42,127 nt of DNA from Candidatus Curtissbacteria bacterium RIFCSPHIGHO2_01_FULL_41_11 (lineage in GTDB: Bacteria; Patescibacteriota; Microgenomatia; Curtissbacterales; GWA2-41-24): positions 1-42,127 of the forward strand of contig MFAZ01000012.1 of the NCBI GenBank assembly GCA_001776335.1. Direction: 5' to 3'. A program made the position numbers and the translations under genes. This document shows, piece by piece, positions 7,981-15,878 of the stretch. How positions within the stretch are numbered: position 1 is the first letter of the stretch; the number at the start of each line of letters is the position of its first letter. The notes beneath the pieces were generated by a model, which searched no databases, was not told the DNA's origin, and saw only the letters and a program-made list of their open reading frames with translations.

Positions 7981-10900
7981 ATGCCTGCTGCCACTGCCGA
8001 AAATTTAGAACCCATAAATCCAACAAAACTCGCAGACGCCATTCGCTGGTCGATAGAATATTTGCTTGACCCAAAGCGTGGAGGCGGTAAATCGCTGCCT
8101 TCAGATAAAGAACTCAAACTCCGCTACCAAAATCCTCAGATAACCCAAAAGCTTATTAATTTCGAGGTGCTGAACCGCTTCTCTGTAAATTCGATAGAAA
8201 AAATTCAGGATCTTGAACAACAAAAGATACAAGAAGTGTTGGGGAAAACTGGGCAAGAGCAAGAGCAAAATCAGTCAACTATAAATCAAGCCGCAGTTCC
8301 CAAAACCCAGGCAAAAATAATTCAGTTCCCCTCATCAAAAAGAGTATCAGCGCTTGGTGTTTTGGCTGAAATCGATACTGTTTTGGAAAATCACAAAAAT
8401 TCCATAAGCCCCAAACTTACCGCCGATTTATCACCAAAGATCAAGGAACTCCTGCCAAAGTTAGGCATCAAAAACTTAAGCGAAGAACAACTTAATAAAA
8501 TAGCTCAGGAAGTCGCTGTTGAAACATCGCGTCAAACATTAGAAGACGCCCATAAAATTCAAAACGTATCGCAAATAAATGACCTGGTCGCAGACAGTCT
8601 AACCCAGACACTTATCACCCATCCGGAAATCGCGGGGAAAATCAAAGACGAGCCTACAAAAGTTTTCCAAAAAATTTGGGGTCAAACCAAGGAAATCTCA
8701 ACAAGCAACCAAAATGACCTGGAAAAAGCGGCAGCCCTTGCAAATCTAGACGAAATTGCCGAACTTCAAAAACCCGATCAAGCAGTCGAGGAAGCACTTA
8801 CAACAAGTGCCAGAGACACAGTAGAATCGCAAGAACCCTTGGGTGGATCACAACTTCAGGAAAATATAAAAGGCAACTTTAAAAGCTATTTATCAGATTA
8901 CGTAAAAGAAGTGGATACTCAACTATCAAAATTACCAAAAGGCGAAGTCCCAAGTCTTGAAGAGCTTCAAAAATTAAAAGATGCAGCGCATACCAACGCG
9001 CAAGAAACACAAGGCGGCAAACAAAGTGGCACCAAGATAGACTACAAAAATGCTGCGGATACTCTGGCAAACTCACTAAACCTGGCACAAATTCAACCAA
9101 AAAGTGCGCCAAACCTACCAGTAGTTATAGAAACAATTGTCAATAATCCCACATACGGCAAAAAGCTGTACCTCGCCGCCCTTGGCCACGACGAACAAAC
9201 TCTTGCCAAAAGCCTGAAGGAAAAATCCGAAATAATCGAAAGGCTTAAAAGCAAAAAGTCGCTGACTTTAAAAGAGGCCAAACAACTGTCCGAAGCGAAG
9301 CTTTACTGGGCAAAATACGCTCAAGCCCAAGCATTAAAAGTAAAAAATCCCAAACAATACCAGGCGCTTCTTAGTATTCTCTCCAAAATGGGTGATGGAC
9401 GAGCTGAACTTGTCTCCCAATCAGTCTGGCAATCGGAGCGTTTCCTCCAGGCGAAAATGCCCAAAATTTTTGCCTACAACGAACGACTCACCGCTGGAGC
9501 TGCCTTTGGGAAACTCGGTTTCAATATCGGTGGCATGGGCATCGGATCTATATTCTCAAATATCAAAGGCCAGATAAGCGCTGCCTCAATGCTCGGCATG
9601 GGCATGGCTTCGACCAAATCAATAAATAAGATCCGGAATCAAATCACTGCAGCAATCGGTGCGCCAATCGCAGGTCTTATGCTCTATCTTATGAGTCTTG
9701 GCCAAGCTGCAGTCACCGGCGCCATTATCGGCATGGGCACAGGTGCTTTAGCAGGGGCCGTCATCCCTGTCGCCTTTTTAGGTCCTGCCGGCGTCCTTCT
9801 TTGGCCGGTCACAGTTCCTCTTGGCATTGTTATGGGTGGCGCAGCCGGCGCACTAATCGGACTGGGTATAGCATCCGGCAGTGCCACTATGATTTCGATG
9901 GGCGCAGCCGGCGCAACCGGCGCTTTAATAGGCGGCTACATTGGATTTGGGGTTGGAGCAGGAATTGGAACATTTTTGGCCGGCGTATGTATTACATTTA
10001 CCGCAGGACTATGTGCACCATTCGCACCATTTATTGTCATCGGATCAACAGCAATAGGCACTGCAATTGGCGCTGCCATCGGGTTTGTCGTTGGCCTTGC
10101 AACCGGCTATTTGATCGGCAAATTCTTGATAACTCCATTAATGTCCGGCGTCAAAAGCGCTCTTGGCGGAATCGGTGCCGGGGCCGGGGCAGGGTTAGGC
10201 CTTCTCAACTCCCTCTATGGGCTGGCGACTGGCCTTCTCCATACCGGTATAGGCGCTATAAGTTCAATAGGAGGTGGTCTGCTTAGCGGACTGTCCGGTG
10301 GTCTAAGCATGATTGTTAATGGTCTTGGTTTTGGTGGTGCTGCAACAGCAAGCGCTGCCGCAATACCCGTCCTTTCCACATTTGGCGTTGTTGGAGTAAC
10401 GGGAGCTATGACCGCAGTCATCGTCCCCGCAGCCATCTTCGCCACAATTGCCGGCGATGAAATCACCCCTATTATTACACCTGGCCAAAATCAATATTTT
10501 TCCCTCACCAAATCCGCTGTCCCGGACAAAATTCCAAACTCAGCGCTTCCCTCACAGATAGATTACACGATAACACTAGAAGCCAAAGTCAATCTGGAAA
10601 ATATTCAAATCACAGACGTGCTCAAGGTTCAAAAGCAAAGCACTAGTTTTGAGCTGTCACCCGACCCGTGCACCGGCACCTTACCGCAAACCCTGCAAGC
10701 CGGAGACCCGCCGTGGACCTGCAATTTCTCAGTTACAGTAGACATAAATTTCGAAGACTCTTTGGTGGCCAATACTGTAACTGTAAAAGCAACACCTGAA
10801 GGCCAGGCGGAATTCACGGACCACTCAACCGCGACAACGATTATAGGAAATCCCCCCACAATCTGCGCGATATTAAATATTGAAGGTCCATGGTCACAGG

Positions 10901-11415
10901 AAGAAAAAGACAACATAAACTCCATTTGCCAAGTCCTCGATCAGTCTCCTCAATATGTTTCTCTGTTGCAAAGAGCTGGCACAATTACACTCCAACGTGT
11001 TCCAGGTGGAACCTTGGGAGAAGGGGTCTGTGGCACAGTCAATGGAGGCAACATCGTAAGAATTTCATGTTCCATGACACCCATAAGCTTCGCAAAATAC
11101 GTAATTATCCATGAATTAGGGCACGTCTTGGGGAATTACAATGGCGCGCTTTTTAATGATTTTATATCGACCTATAACCAAGAAGGCCTTGTGCCAACCT
11201 ATCCTTTTGATGTAGAGAGTGCCGATGAATCTTTCGCGGAAATGACAACAGAATATGTAGTCTCTAAAGAATACAATCACCCTCCAAGATCATGGTCGGG
11301 ATACCCGGGAGGCCCATGGATCAACCCCGGGCCAGGGTGGACAACATTCCAACAAGATAGACCTGCTCACTATGATTTTGCTAAATCCAAAGTATTTGGC
11401 GGCAAGGAATACTGA
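7981..11415 (+). CDS. Giant polytopic membrane protein in the VirB6/PrgH position: soluble N-terminal region, Gly/Ala-rich multi-TM core, C-terminal zincin (HExxH) domain
   Basis: The first ~480 aa are K/E/Q-rich and soluble. Residues ~500-830 (about nt 9480-10470) are extremely G/A-rich, with many GxxxG-type hydrophobic helices. The C-terminus carries HELGH (11110-11124) and a downstream DESFAEM (11224-11244). Confidence 0.7.
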   Translation: MPAATAENLEPINPTKLADAIRWSIEYLLDPKRGGGKSLPSDKELKLRYQNPQITQKLINFEVLNRFSVNSIEKIQDLEQQKIQEVLGKTGQEQEQNQSTINQAAVPKTQAKIIQFPSSKRVSALGVLAEIDTVLENHKNSISPKLTADLSPKIKELLPKLGIKNLSEEQLNKIAQEVAVETSRQTLEDAHKIQNVSQINDLVADSLTQTLITHPEIAGKIKDEPTKVFQKIWGQTKEISTSNQNDLEKAAALANLDEIAELQKPDQAVEEALTTSARDTVESQEPLGGSQLQENIKGNFKSYLSDYVKEVDTQLSKLPKGEVPSLEELQKLKDAAHTNAQETQGGKQSGTKIDYKNAADTLANSLNLAQIQPKSAPNLPVVIETIVNNPTYGKKLYLAALGHDEQTLAKSLKEKSEIIERLKSKKSLTLKEAKQLSEAKLYWAKYAQAQALKVKNPKQYQALLSILSKMGDGRAELVSQSVWQSERFLQAKMPKIFAYNERLTAGAAFGKLGFNIGGMGIGSIFSNIKGQISAASMLGMGMASTKSINKIRNQITAAIGAPIAGLMLYLMSLGQAAVTGAIIGMGTGALAGAVIPVAFLGPAGVLLWPVTVPLGIVMGGAAGALIGLGIASGSATMISMGAAGATGALIGGYIGFGVGAGIGTFLAGVCITFTAGLCAPFAPFIVIGSTAIGTAIGAAIGFVVGLATGYLIGKFLITPLMSGVKSALGGIGAGAGAGLGLLNSLYGLATGLLHTGIGAISSIGGGLLSGLSGGLSMIVNGLGFGGAATASAAAIPVLSTFGVVGVTGAMTAVIVPAAIFATIAGDEITPIITPGQNQYFSLTKSAVPDKIPNSALPSQIDYTITLEAKVNLENIQITDVLKVQKQSTSFELSPDPCTGTLPQTLQAGDPPWTCNFSVTVDINFEDSLVANTVTVKATPEGQAEFTDHSTATTIIGNPPTICAILNIEGPWSQEEKDNINSICQVLDQSPQYVSLLQRAGTITLQRVPGGTLGEGVCGTVNGGNIVRISCSMTPISFAKYVIIHELGHVLGNYNGALFNDFISTYNQEGLVPTYPFDVESADESFAEMTTEYVVSKEYNHPPRSWSGYPGGPWINPGPGWTTFQQDRPAHYDFAKSKVFGGKEY

Positions 11416-11990
11416 TGGCAGAATTCAATCTCATCCGGATTTCAAAACTTATTAAATCAGAACTGCTTCTAATAATTTTAGGAGTTCTCTCAATTACAAT
11501 TTTTTCTATAGCTGTCATAAGCTTCACAAAAAGAGGAAAGGCACCGCCACCCGCACAAACACCTTGGAACGAAAATATTTATGCAGGCCAAACAACTAAG
11601 CAGGAACTTGAAACGAAGCTGGGTACCCCCGAAAAGATTGAAGCAATTGATGAAGGGGTCGCTTATTTTTACCCCACGGAAGACAGGTACAGACCGGACA
11701 AAATAGAAATCAGTGGGGATACTGTTTCTATAATCAAAGAACAGGTTCTCGAGTCAGAAAAAGGGGGCTTGAATAATTATTTACAAAAATATGGTACACC
11801 ACAGGCAAAGTTATATGGCCCATTCGGAACAATTGCGCCTGGGCATTTCTGGGGGAATAACGGAATTATTGTATTTGGGAATGAACATGACGGTACTATA
11901 GTAGAAATTTGGTATTTTGCACCGACCAATTTAGAAAATTTTCTTGCGCAAAACACCAAACTGAAGACGGAAGAACCTCGAGGTTTTTAA
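11415..11990 (+). CDS. Small N-terminally membrane-anchored protein; last gene of the T4SS-like operon
   Basis: TGATG start/stop overlap with the upstream gene (11413-11417). One N-terminal TM helix (LLLIILGVLSITIFSIAVISF), then a ~150-aa soluble domain. I recognised no family. Confidence 0.6.
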   Translation: MAEFNLIRISKLIKSELLLIILGVLSITIFSIAVISFTKRGKAPPPAQTPWNENIYAGQTTKQELETKLGTPEKIEAIDEGVAYFYPTEDRYRPDKIEISGDTVSIIKEQVLESEKGGLNNYLQKYGTPQAKLYGPFGTIAPGHFWGNNGIIVFGNEHDGTIVEIWYFAPTNLENFLAQNTKLKTEEPRGF

Positions 11991-12289
11991 AAACTCCTAA
12001 ACCTCAAACTTCTCACAATCTTCTTCCCCAACGTCTCATTAATGTCTCGCATCAGCCCACCAGCGCGCATCTGAAGTTCGCTTGACATCAAACCGGGAGA
12101 CTTAACCGTCAACACCCCTTTTTTAAAAGACGTAGGTCTTGCCGTTTTTAAAACACTCTCCGGTAAATCACCGCAAACTTTTTTTAGCGAATCAAAAAAA
12201 GCGCGTCGTACATGAAGAGCGACAATTGCATCTGGGGTCTTGGATCGTTTTGGTAGTGTCTTGATAAGATCACCGACTTGGGTAAACAC
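11987..12289 (-). CDS. dciA: DUF721/DciA-like protein (putative replicative-helicase operator)
   Basis: 100 aa with a GTG start. SFKKGVLTVKSPGLMSSELQMRAGGLMRDINETLGKKIVRSLRF fits the DUF721 pattern. It sits in the classic position directly downstream of dnaN. Confidence 0.6.
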   Translation of the reverse strand: MFTQVGDLIKTLPKRSKTPDAIVALHVRRAFFDSLKKVCGDLPESVLKTARPTSFKKGVLTVKSPGLMSSELQMRAGGLMRDINETLGKKIVRSLRFRSF

Positions 12290-12301
12290 AGCATTAGTTT
12301 A

Positions 12302-12343
12302 CTAGTTGCTAGTGGCTAGTTGCTAGTGGCTAGTGGCTAACTT
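12302..12343. repeat. Heptamer tract CTAGTTG/CTAGTGG x5 plus CTAACTT, filling the dnaN-dciA spacer
   Basis: Units at 12302, 12309, 12316, 12323, 12330 and 12337. The palindromic CTAG gives TAG in all six frames. The dnaN TAG stop (complement of 12337-12339) lies in the last unit. Confidence 0.9.
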
Positions 12344-13464
12344 TGCAGTCGGACCGGCATGACAATATGAAAGTAATCTCCTTCGTCAGGAATTGTAATT
12401 CGCCCGGGGTTCAAGCTTTCAATCATTTCGAAAAAAATATCATCGCTTTCGATAGATGATAAAACCTCGAGAAGATAACGAAAGTTGAAGGCAATTTCTC
12501 CTCCATTCCCGGTAAGTTCGATTTCCGAAGAGGCTTCATCCGACCCCACCTGATTGTTATTTGCAGAAACTGTCAAAATCCCTTTCGCCCCACCTTCAAG
12601 TTTTAGCTTAATAATGTTCCCTGAATCGCGGGCAAAAATAGACGCTACTCTTACCAGCCTTATCAGTTCTTCTCTAGAAATTTTGGCTTTTGAAGAAAAG
12701 CTCGTAGGGATAATTTTCTGCCAAGGGGGGAATTCACCCTCAATAAGTCTCGAGGTAAACTCCACATTGCCTATCCCAAAATTTACCTGATTCAAAGCAT
12801 CCGCCACAGTAACCAGGACAGGCTTGCCGCTTGCTTCTTCCCCAGCTTCACTGATTATTTTGAAAACCTCAAACAACGTTCTGGCGGGTGTTATTATCTT
12901 ACCCACAAAATCACCCTCTGCCGAAAACTGCTGGAAGCTTAACCTGTAACCATCGGTCGCTACCATTGAAAAGCTCTTTTTGGAAAACTCACACAGAACG
13001 CCCACAAGAGCCGGCCTCCCCTCGTCTTGTGAAGCCGAAAATGCCACCCTTAATATTGCTTTTGAAAACTCAAGTGCATCCAAAACCAGAGTTTTCCCTT
13101 TGTCTATTTTTGGTATCGCTGGGAAATCTTCAATAGGCATTGTCGCAAATCTCGCGCTAAATCTTTTGGAAGAAACCTTGACCTCCTCACCCAGTTTTTC
13201 AACAATCATCTCCCCTGGGGGTACCTGAGCGACAAATTCGGAAATTGGCCTCCCAGGGACCGTTGTTTTGCCTTCAACTTCAACATTGCATTCGGTATTT
13301 ACCCGCGTAGCAGTTTCCAAATCCGTCGAAAGAACCTCTATTTTCCCCTTGGAGGCAGAAATTAAAATGTTTGTGAGGATGGGCAGGTTTGCTTTTGTTT
13401 GAAGTGATTTATTTACGGAAACAAGCAGTTTGGAAAATTCTTCCTGGGAAATTTTAAATTTCAT
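12337..13464 (-). CDS. dnaN: DNA polymerase III beta sliding clamp
   Basis: MKFKISQEEFSKLLVSVNKSLQTKANLPILTNILISA..., with three-domain clamp length and a position downstream of dnaA. I prefer the ATG at 13464. The ORF-track start at 13521 is a GTG that would add 19 aa. Confidence 0.9.
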   Translation of the reverse strand: MKFKISQEEFSKLLVSVNKSLQTKANLPILTNILISASKGKIEVLSTDLETATRVNTECNVEVEGKTTVPGRPISEFVAQVPPGEMIVEKLGEEVKVSSKRFSARFATMPIEDFPAIPKIDKGKTLVLDALEFSKAILRVAFSASQDEGRPALVGVLCEFSKKSFSMVATDGYRLSFQQFSAEGDFVGKIITPARTLFEVFKIISEAGEEASGKPVLVTVADALNQVNFGIGNVEFTSRLIEGEFPPWQKIIPTSFSSKAKISREELIRLVRVASIFARDSGNIIKLKLEGGAKGILTVSANNNQVGSDEASSEIELTGNGGEIAFNFRYLLEVLSSIESDDIFFEMIESLNPGRITIPDEGDYFHIVMPVRLQS

Positions 13465-13521
13465 TTTTTCTTTGAGGATTCTTGTTGGGGCAGAAACATC
13501 GCCATTATATAGATTTTCCAC

Positions 13522-13727
13522 AAATTTTTAAACACCCAATCTCAAACTAAAGTTATATCAAAAATAGTAATATTCTTAGTATTCTTGTTTATATCTTAAA
13601 AACCAAGAGCCGCACCTGCCTGGAATTATGTCGAAAAAATTGTGGAAAACCTTCCACTTGTTGTTGATAAGTATGAAATTTTTGTGGGGGAACACAATGT
13701 TTTTGTAGAAAAGCTTTATGAGAAATA
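13522..13727. promoter_or_regulatory. Candidate oriC: AT-rich stretch plus a same-orientation cluster of DnaA-box-like 9-mers in the dnaA-dnaN spacer
   Basis: TGTGGAAAA at 13641-13649. TGTTGATAA at 13662-13670 (1 mismatch to TGTGGATAA). TGTGGGGGA at 13683-13691 (weak). TGTAGAAAA at 13704-13712. An AT-rich segment spans about 13522-13610. Confidence 0.5.
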
Positions 13728-15080
13728 TTATTGTTGGAAAATTGCCCTTATTCTCGAAATTTCGTCCCGTTGGCTTTGGTCAACAGCAACTAACCCCTCT
13801 ACCTTCTCTACACCATAAAGAACAGTGGAGTGATCTCGACCGCCGGTAATGTCGCCTACTCCCTCTAGGGGAAGACCCAAATCTTTTCTAAGTAAATACA
13901 TTAAAACTTGCCTGGCTCGAACAAAAGAGGCCTTTCTCTTTGGTCCGCACAAATCACCACTACTCAACCTAAAATGCCTAGACACTGCCTCAATAACCTT
14001 TCCTGGAGTTGGTTTTGGCTTGTTATCTCGCAAATTATTTTCAACAGAGCGCTTGACTTGCTCTAGAGTCAAAAGGCCAGATGACAACCTCAAAAGAGCA
14101 AGAACCTGAACCAAAGTTCCTTCAAGCTCTCTTGCGCCGCTTCCGCAAACATTCGCAATATAATCAATGATCTCGTTTGATAAAGCAACTCCCTTCTCCT
14201 TACACCTTGCTTTAAGAATTGCTGCTCGAAGCTCCACATCCGGAAGCTGTATATCAACTGTCATCCCACCCATCAGCCTACTTGCCAGCCTGTCTTGTAA
14301 TTTCCCAAGATCTTTAGGGTGCCTGTCTGCTGCAACTATTATTTGTCGCCCGGACATGTAAAGCTCATTGAAAGTGTAAAAAAATTCGTCTTGGGTACTT
14401 TCCTTGCCGGCGAAAAACTGTATGTCGTCAACCAGTAAAACATCCACGCCGCGGTATTTCTGCCTAAAAGCAGCTGTAGTGCGGCTGTTTAATGACTCGA
14501 TATAGTCGTTAGTAAATTTCTCAGCGCTGGCATAAAGCACTTTGGCATCAATAGATTTGTTCAATATCTCATTTGCAACCGCTTGCATTAAATGAGTTTT
14601 ACCAACGCCAGTTGGCCCCCAGACAAAAAGAGGGTTATACGCGTGACCAGGATTTTGAGCAGTCTGAGAGAAGGCAAGATAAGCAAGGTTATTTGAAGGA
14701 CCGGTCACAAAACGCTCAAAATTGTGAGCCGGATTAATACTTTCGTTTTTCCTAACGGTACCAAAGTACACTGGCGCTTCCCCAGAAAAAAGCGGTGTAG
14801 TAAAAGCCGGTTTATCAGTTTCCTCTTTCGAAACAATAAAAACTACCTCCCCAGAAAAACCGTTTTTTTCTGCAACCGTATTTATTTGCAATCGATACCT
14901 CGTTTCAAGCTGTTCTTTAATGAAATTATTTTTAACGCCAATGATCAAAATATCCCGCTCGTCTGATTTTTTAAGATCCAAAACTCGTGAACCGCCAAAC
15001 CACGTTCTGTAAGTTGACGGAGAAATTTGTGCTTTAAGGCCACTTAATATTTTGGCCCAAACTTTTTGACCACAGTTCAT
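13728..15080 (-). CDS. dnaA: Chromosomal replication initiator DnaA
   Basis: Walker A GPTGVGKTHLMQA, Walker B VLLVDDIQF, C-terminal DNA-binding HTH (GGRDHSTVLYGVEKV). I prefer the ATG at 15080. The ORF-track start at 15089 is a TTG. Confidence 0.95.
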   Translation of the reverse strand: MNCGQKVWAKILSGLKAQISPSTYRTWFGGSRVLDLKKSDERDILIIGVKNNFIKEQLETRYRLQINTVAEKNGFSGEVVFIVSKEETDKPAFTTPLFSGEAPVYFGTVRKNESINPAHNFERFVTGPSNNLAYLAFSQTAQNPGHAYNPLFVWGPTGVGKTHLMQAVANEILNKSIDAKVLYASAEKFTNDYIESLNSRTTAAFRQKYRGVDVLLVDDIQFFAGKESTQDEFFYTFNELYMSGRQIIVAADRHPKDLGKLQDRLASRLMGGMTVDIQLPDVELRAAILKARCKEKGVALSNEIIDYIANVCGSGARELEGTLVQVLALLRLSSGLLTLEQVKRSVENNLRDNKPKPTPGKVIEAVSRHFRLSSGDLCGPKRKASFVRARQVLMYLLRKDLGLPLEGVGDITGGRDHSTVLYGVEKVEGLVAVDQSQRDEISRIRAIFQQ

Positions 15081-15103
15081 GTTATTCAAATAGTTTTTGA
15101 AAT

Positions 15104-15230
15104 AGTGCTCTATGCAGGCTTATCGGTGTTTGTAGATCTGGGCTGAAGAAGATCTAAATTTTTTTAGAGCACTAATTATAATTGCAAAACTTTTCCACAG
15201 ATGTCAACACCCAAAATTTTTTGTGGAAAA
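15104..15230. promoter_or_regulatory. dnaA/rpmH divergent control region: a nested palindrome plus two facing DnaA boxes
   Basis: AGTGCTCTA (15104-15112) pairs with TAGAGCACT (15165-15173). This encloses TAGATCT (15133-15139) paired with AGATCTA (15150-15156). TTTTCCACA lies at 15191-15199 and TGTGGAAAA at 15222-15230. Confidence 0.45.
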
Positions 15231-15280
15231 CACCTCGCAAGGTACTTGATATATCGAAATAATTCTAGTAACCTTAACCC

Positions 15281-15418
15281 ATGCCAAAGCGAACTTATCA
15301 ACCAAAAAAAAGGAAAAGGGCAAAGACTCACGGGTTCAAAAGGAGAATGAGAACGACAGACGGACGCAAAGTTTTGAAGAGAAGGAGAGCAAAAGGCAAA
15401 AAAAGGCTCTCTGTCTGA
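15281..15418 (+). CDS. rpmH: 50S ribosomal protein L34
   Basis: A 45-aa ORF absent from the provided track: [48 protein letters not shown] stop at 15416-15418. It lies directly upstream of rnpA. Confidence 0.9.
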   Translation: MPKRTYQPKKRKRAKTHGFKRRMRTTDGRKVLKRRRAKGKKRLSV

Positions 15419-15420
15419 TA

Positions 15421-15672
15421 ATGTTTCCAAGATCCAGTAAAAACTTTCTTATAAAGTTTCCCAAGTCAAAAACCCGAAATGTTACGATTGTAGTCAAAAA
15501 AGCTATTGCCAAGAATGCGGTTGATAGAAACAGGATTAAAAGAATAACAAGAGAGGCTTTGAAAAAAATTGGAGACTTAGAAACAGGTATTGTTTTAATT
15601 CCAAAAAATAACATCGCCAAACTTAAAACTCAAGAAGTTTATGAAGAGCTCAGAAAAATAATTAAGAAATGA
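15421..15672 (+). CDS. rnpA: RNase P protein component (short form)
   Basis: NAVDRNRIKRITREAL matches the RnpA RNR motif. The conserved rpmH-rnpA-yidD order supports the call. At 83 aa it is short for the family. Confidence 0.75.
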   Translation: MFPRSSKNFLIKFPKSKTRNVTIVVKKAIAKNAVDRNRIKRITREALKKIGDLETGIVLIPKNNIAKLKTQEVYEELRKIIKK

Positions 15673-15878
15673 CACAAAAAATTGCCAAAAAACTTTTTCG
15701 ACTTTACCACCTTGTATTTGCCTCCACCAATGCAAATTGCCGGTTTCATCCTACATGTTCAAAATATGCGCTTGATGCAATCGAAAAATATGGAGTCGCA
15801 AAAGGAACTTATTTGGCTGCCGTAAGAATTTTAAATTGTCATCCTTTTACAAAAAGGCCAATTTACGATCCAGCATGA
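15669..15878 (+). CDS. yidD: Membrane protein insertion efficiency factor YidD
   Basis: CRFHPTCSKYALDAIEKYG...ILNCHPF. It overlaps the rnpA stop by 4 nt. Confidence 0.9.
   Translation: MTQKIAKKLFRLYHLVFASTNANCRFHPTCSKYALDAIEKYGVAKGTYLAAVRILNCHPFTKRPIYDPA

Noticed and set aside
9684-10494. Four long alternative-frame ORFs (9684-9887 -, 9801-10286 +, 10215-10466 -, 10303-10494 -)
   Set aside because: They lie inside the Gly/Ala-rich (GC-rich codon) membrane region of the 1144-aa gene. Stop-poor off-frames are expected there. Their translations are R/G/C/W-rich nonsense.
15176-15620. Minus-strand ORFs 15176-15430 and 15336-15620
   Set aside because: They are antisense to rpmH and rnpA, whose identities are clear from sequence and conserved order.
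15836-15874. Long N-terminal extensions implied by ORF-track starts (yidC 15836, dnaA TTG 15089, dnaN GTG 13521, jag GTG 16678, rnhA TTG 21012, 28821 TTG, 37290 TTG)
   Set aside because: Downstream ATG codons give N-termini matching family norms. They also remove long overlaps with neighbouring genes or promoters. The extended starts remain possible alternatives.
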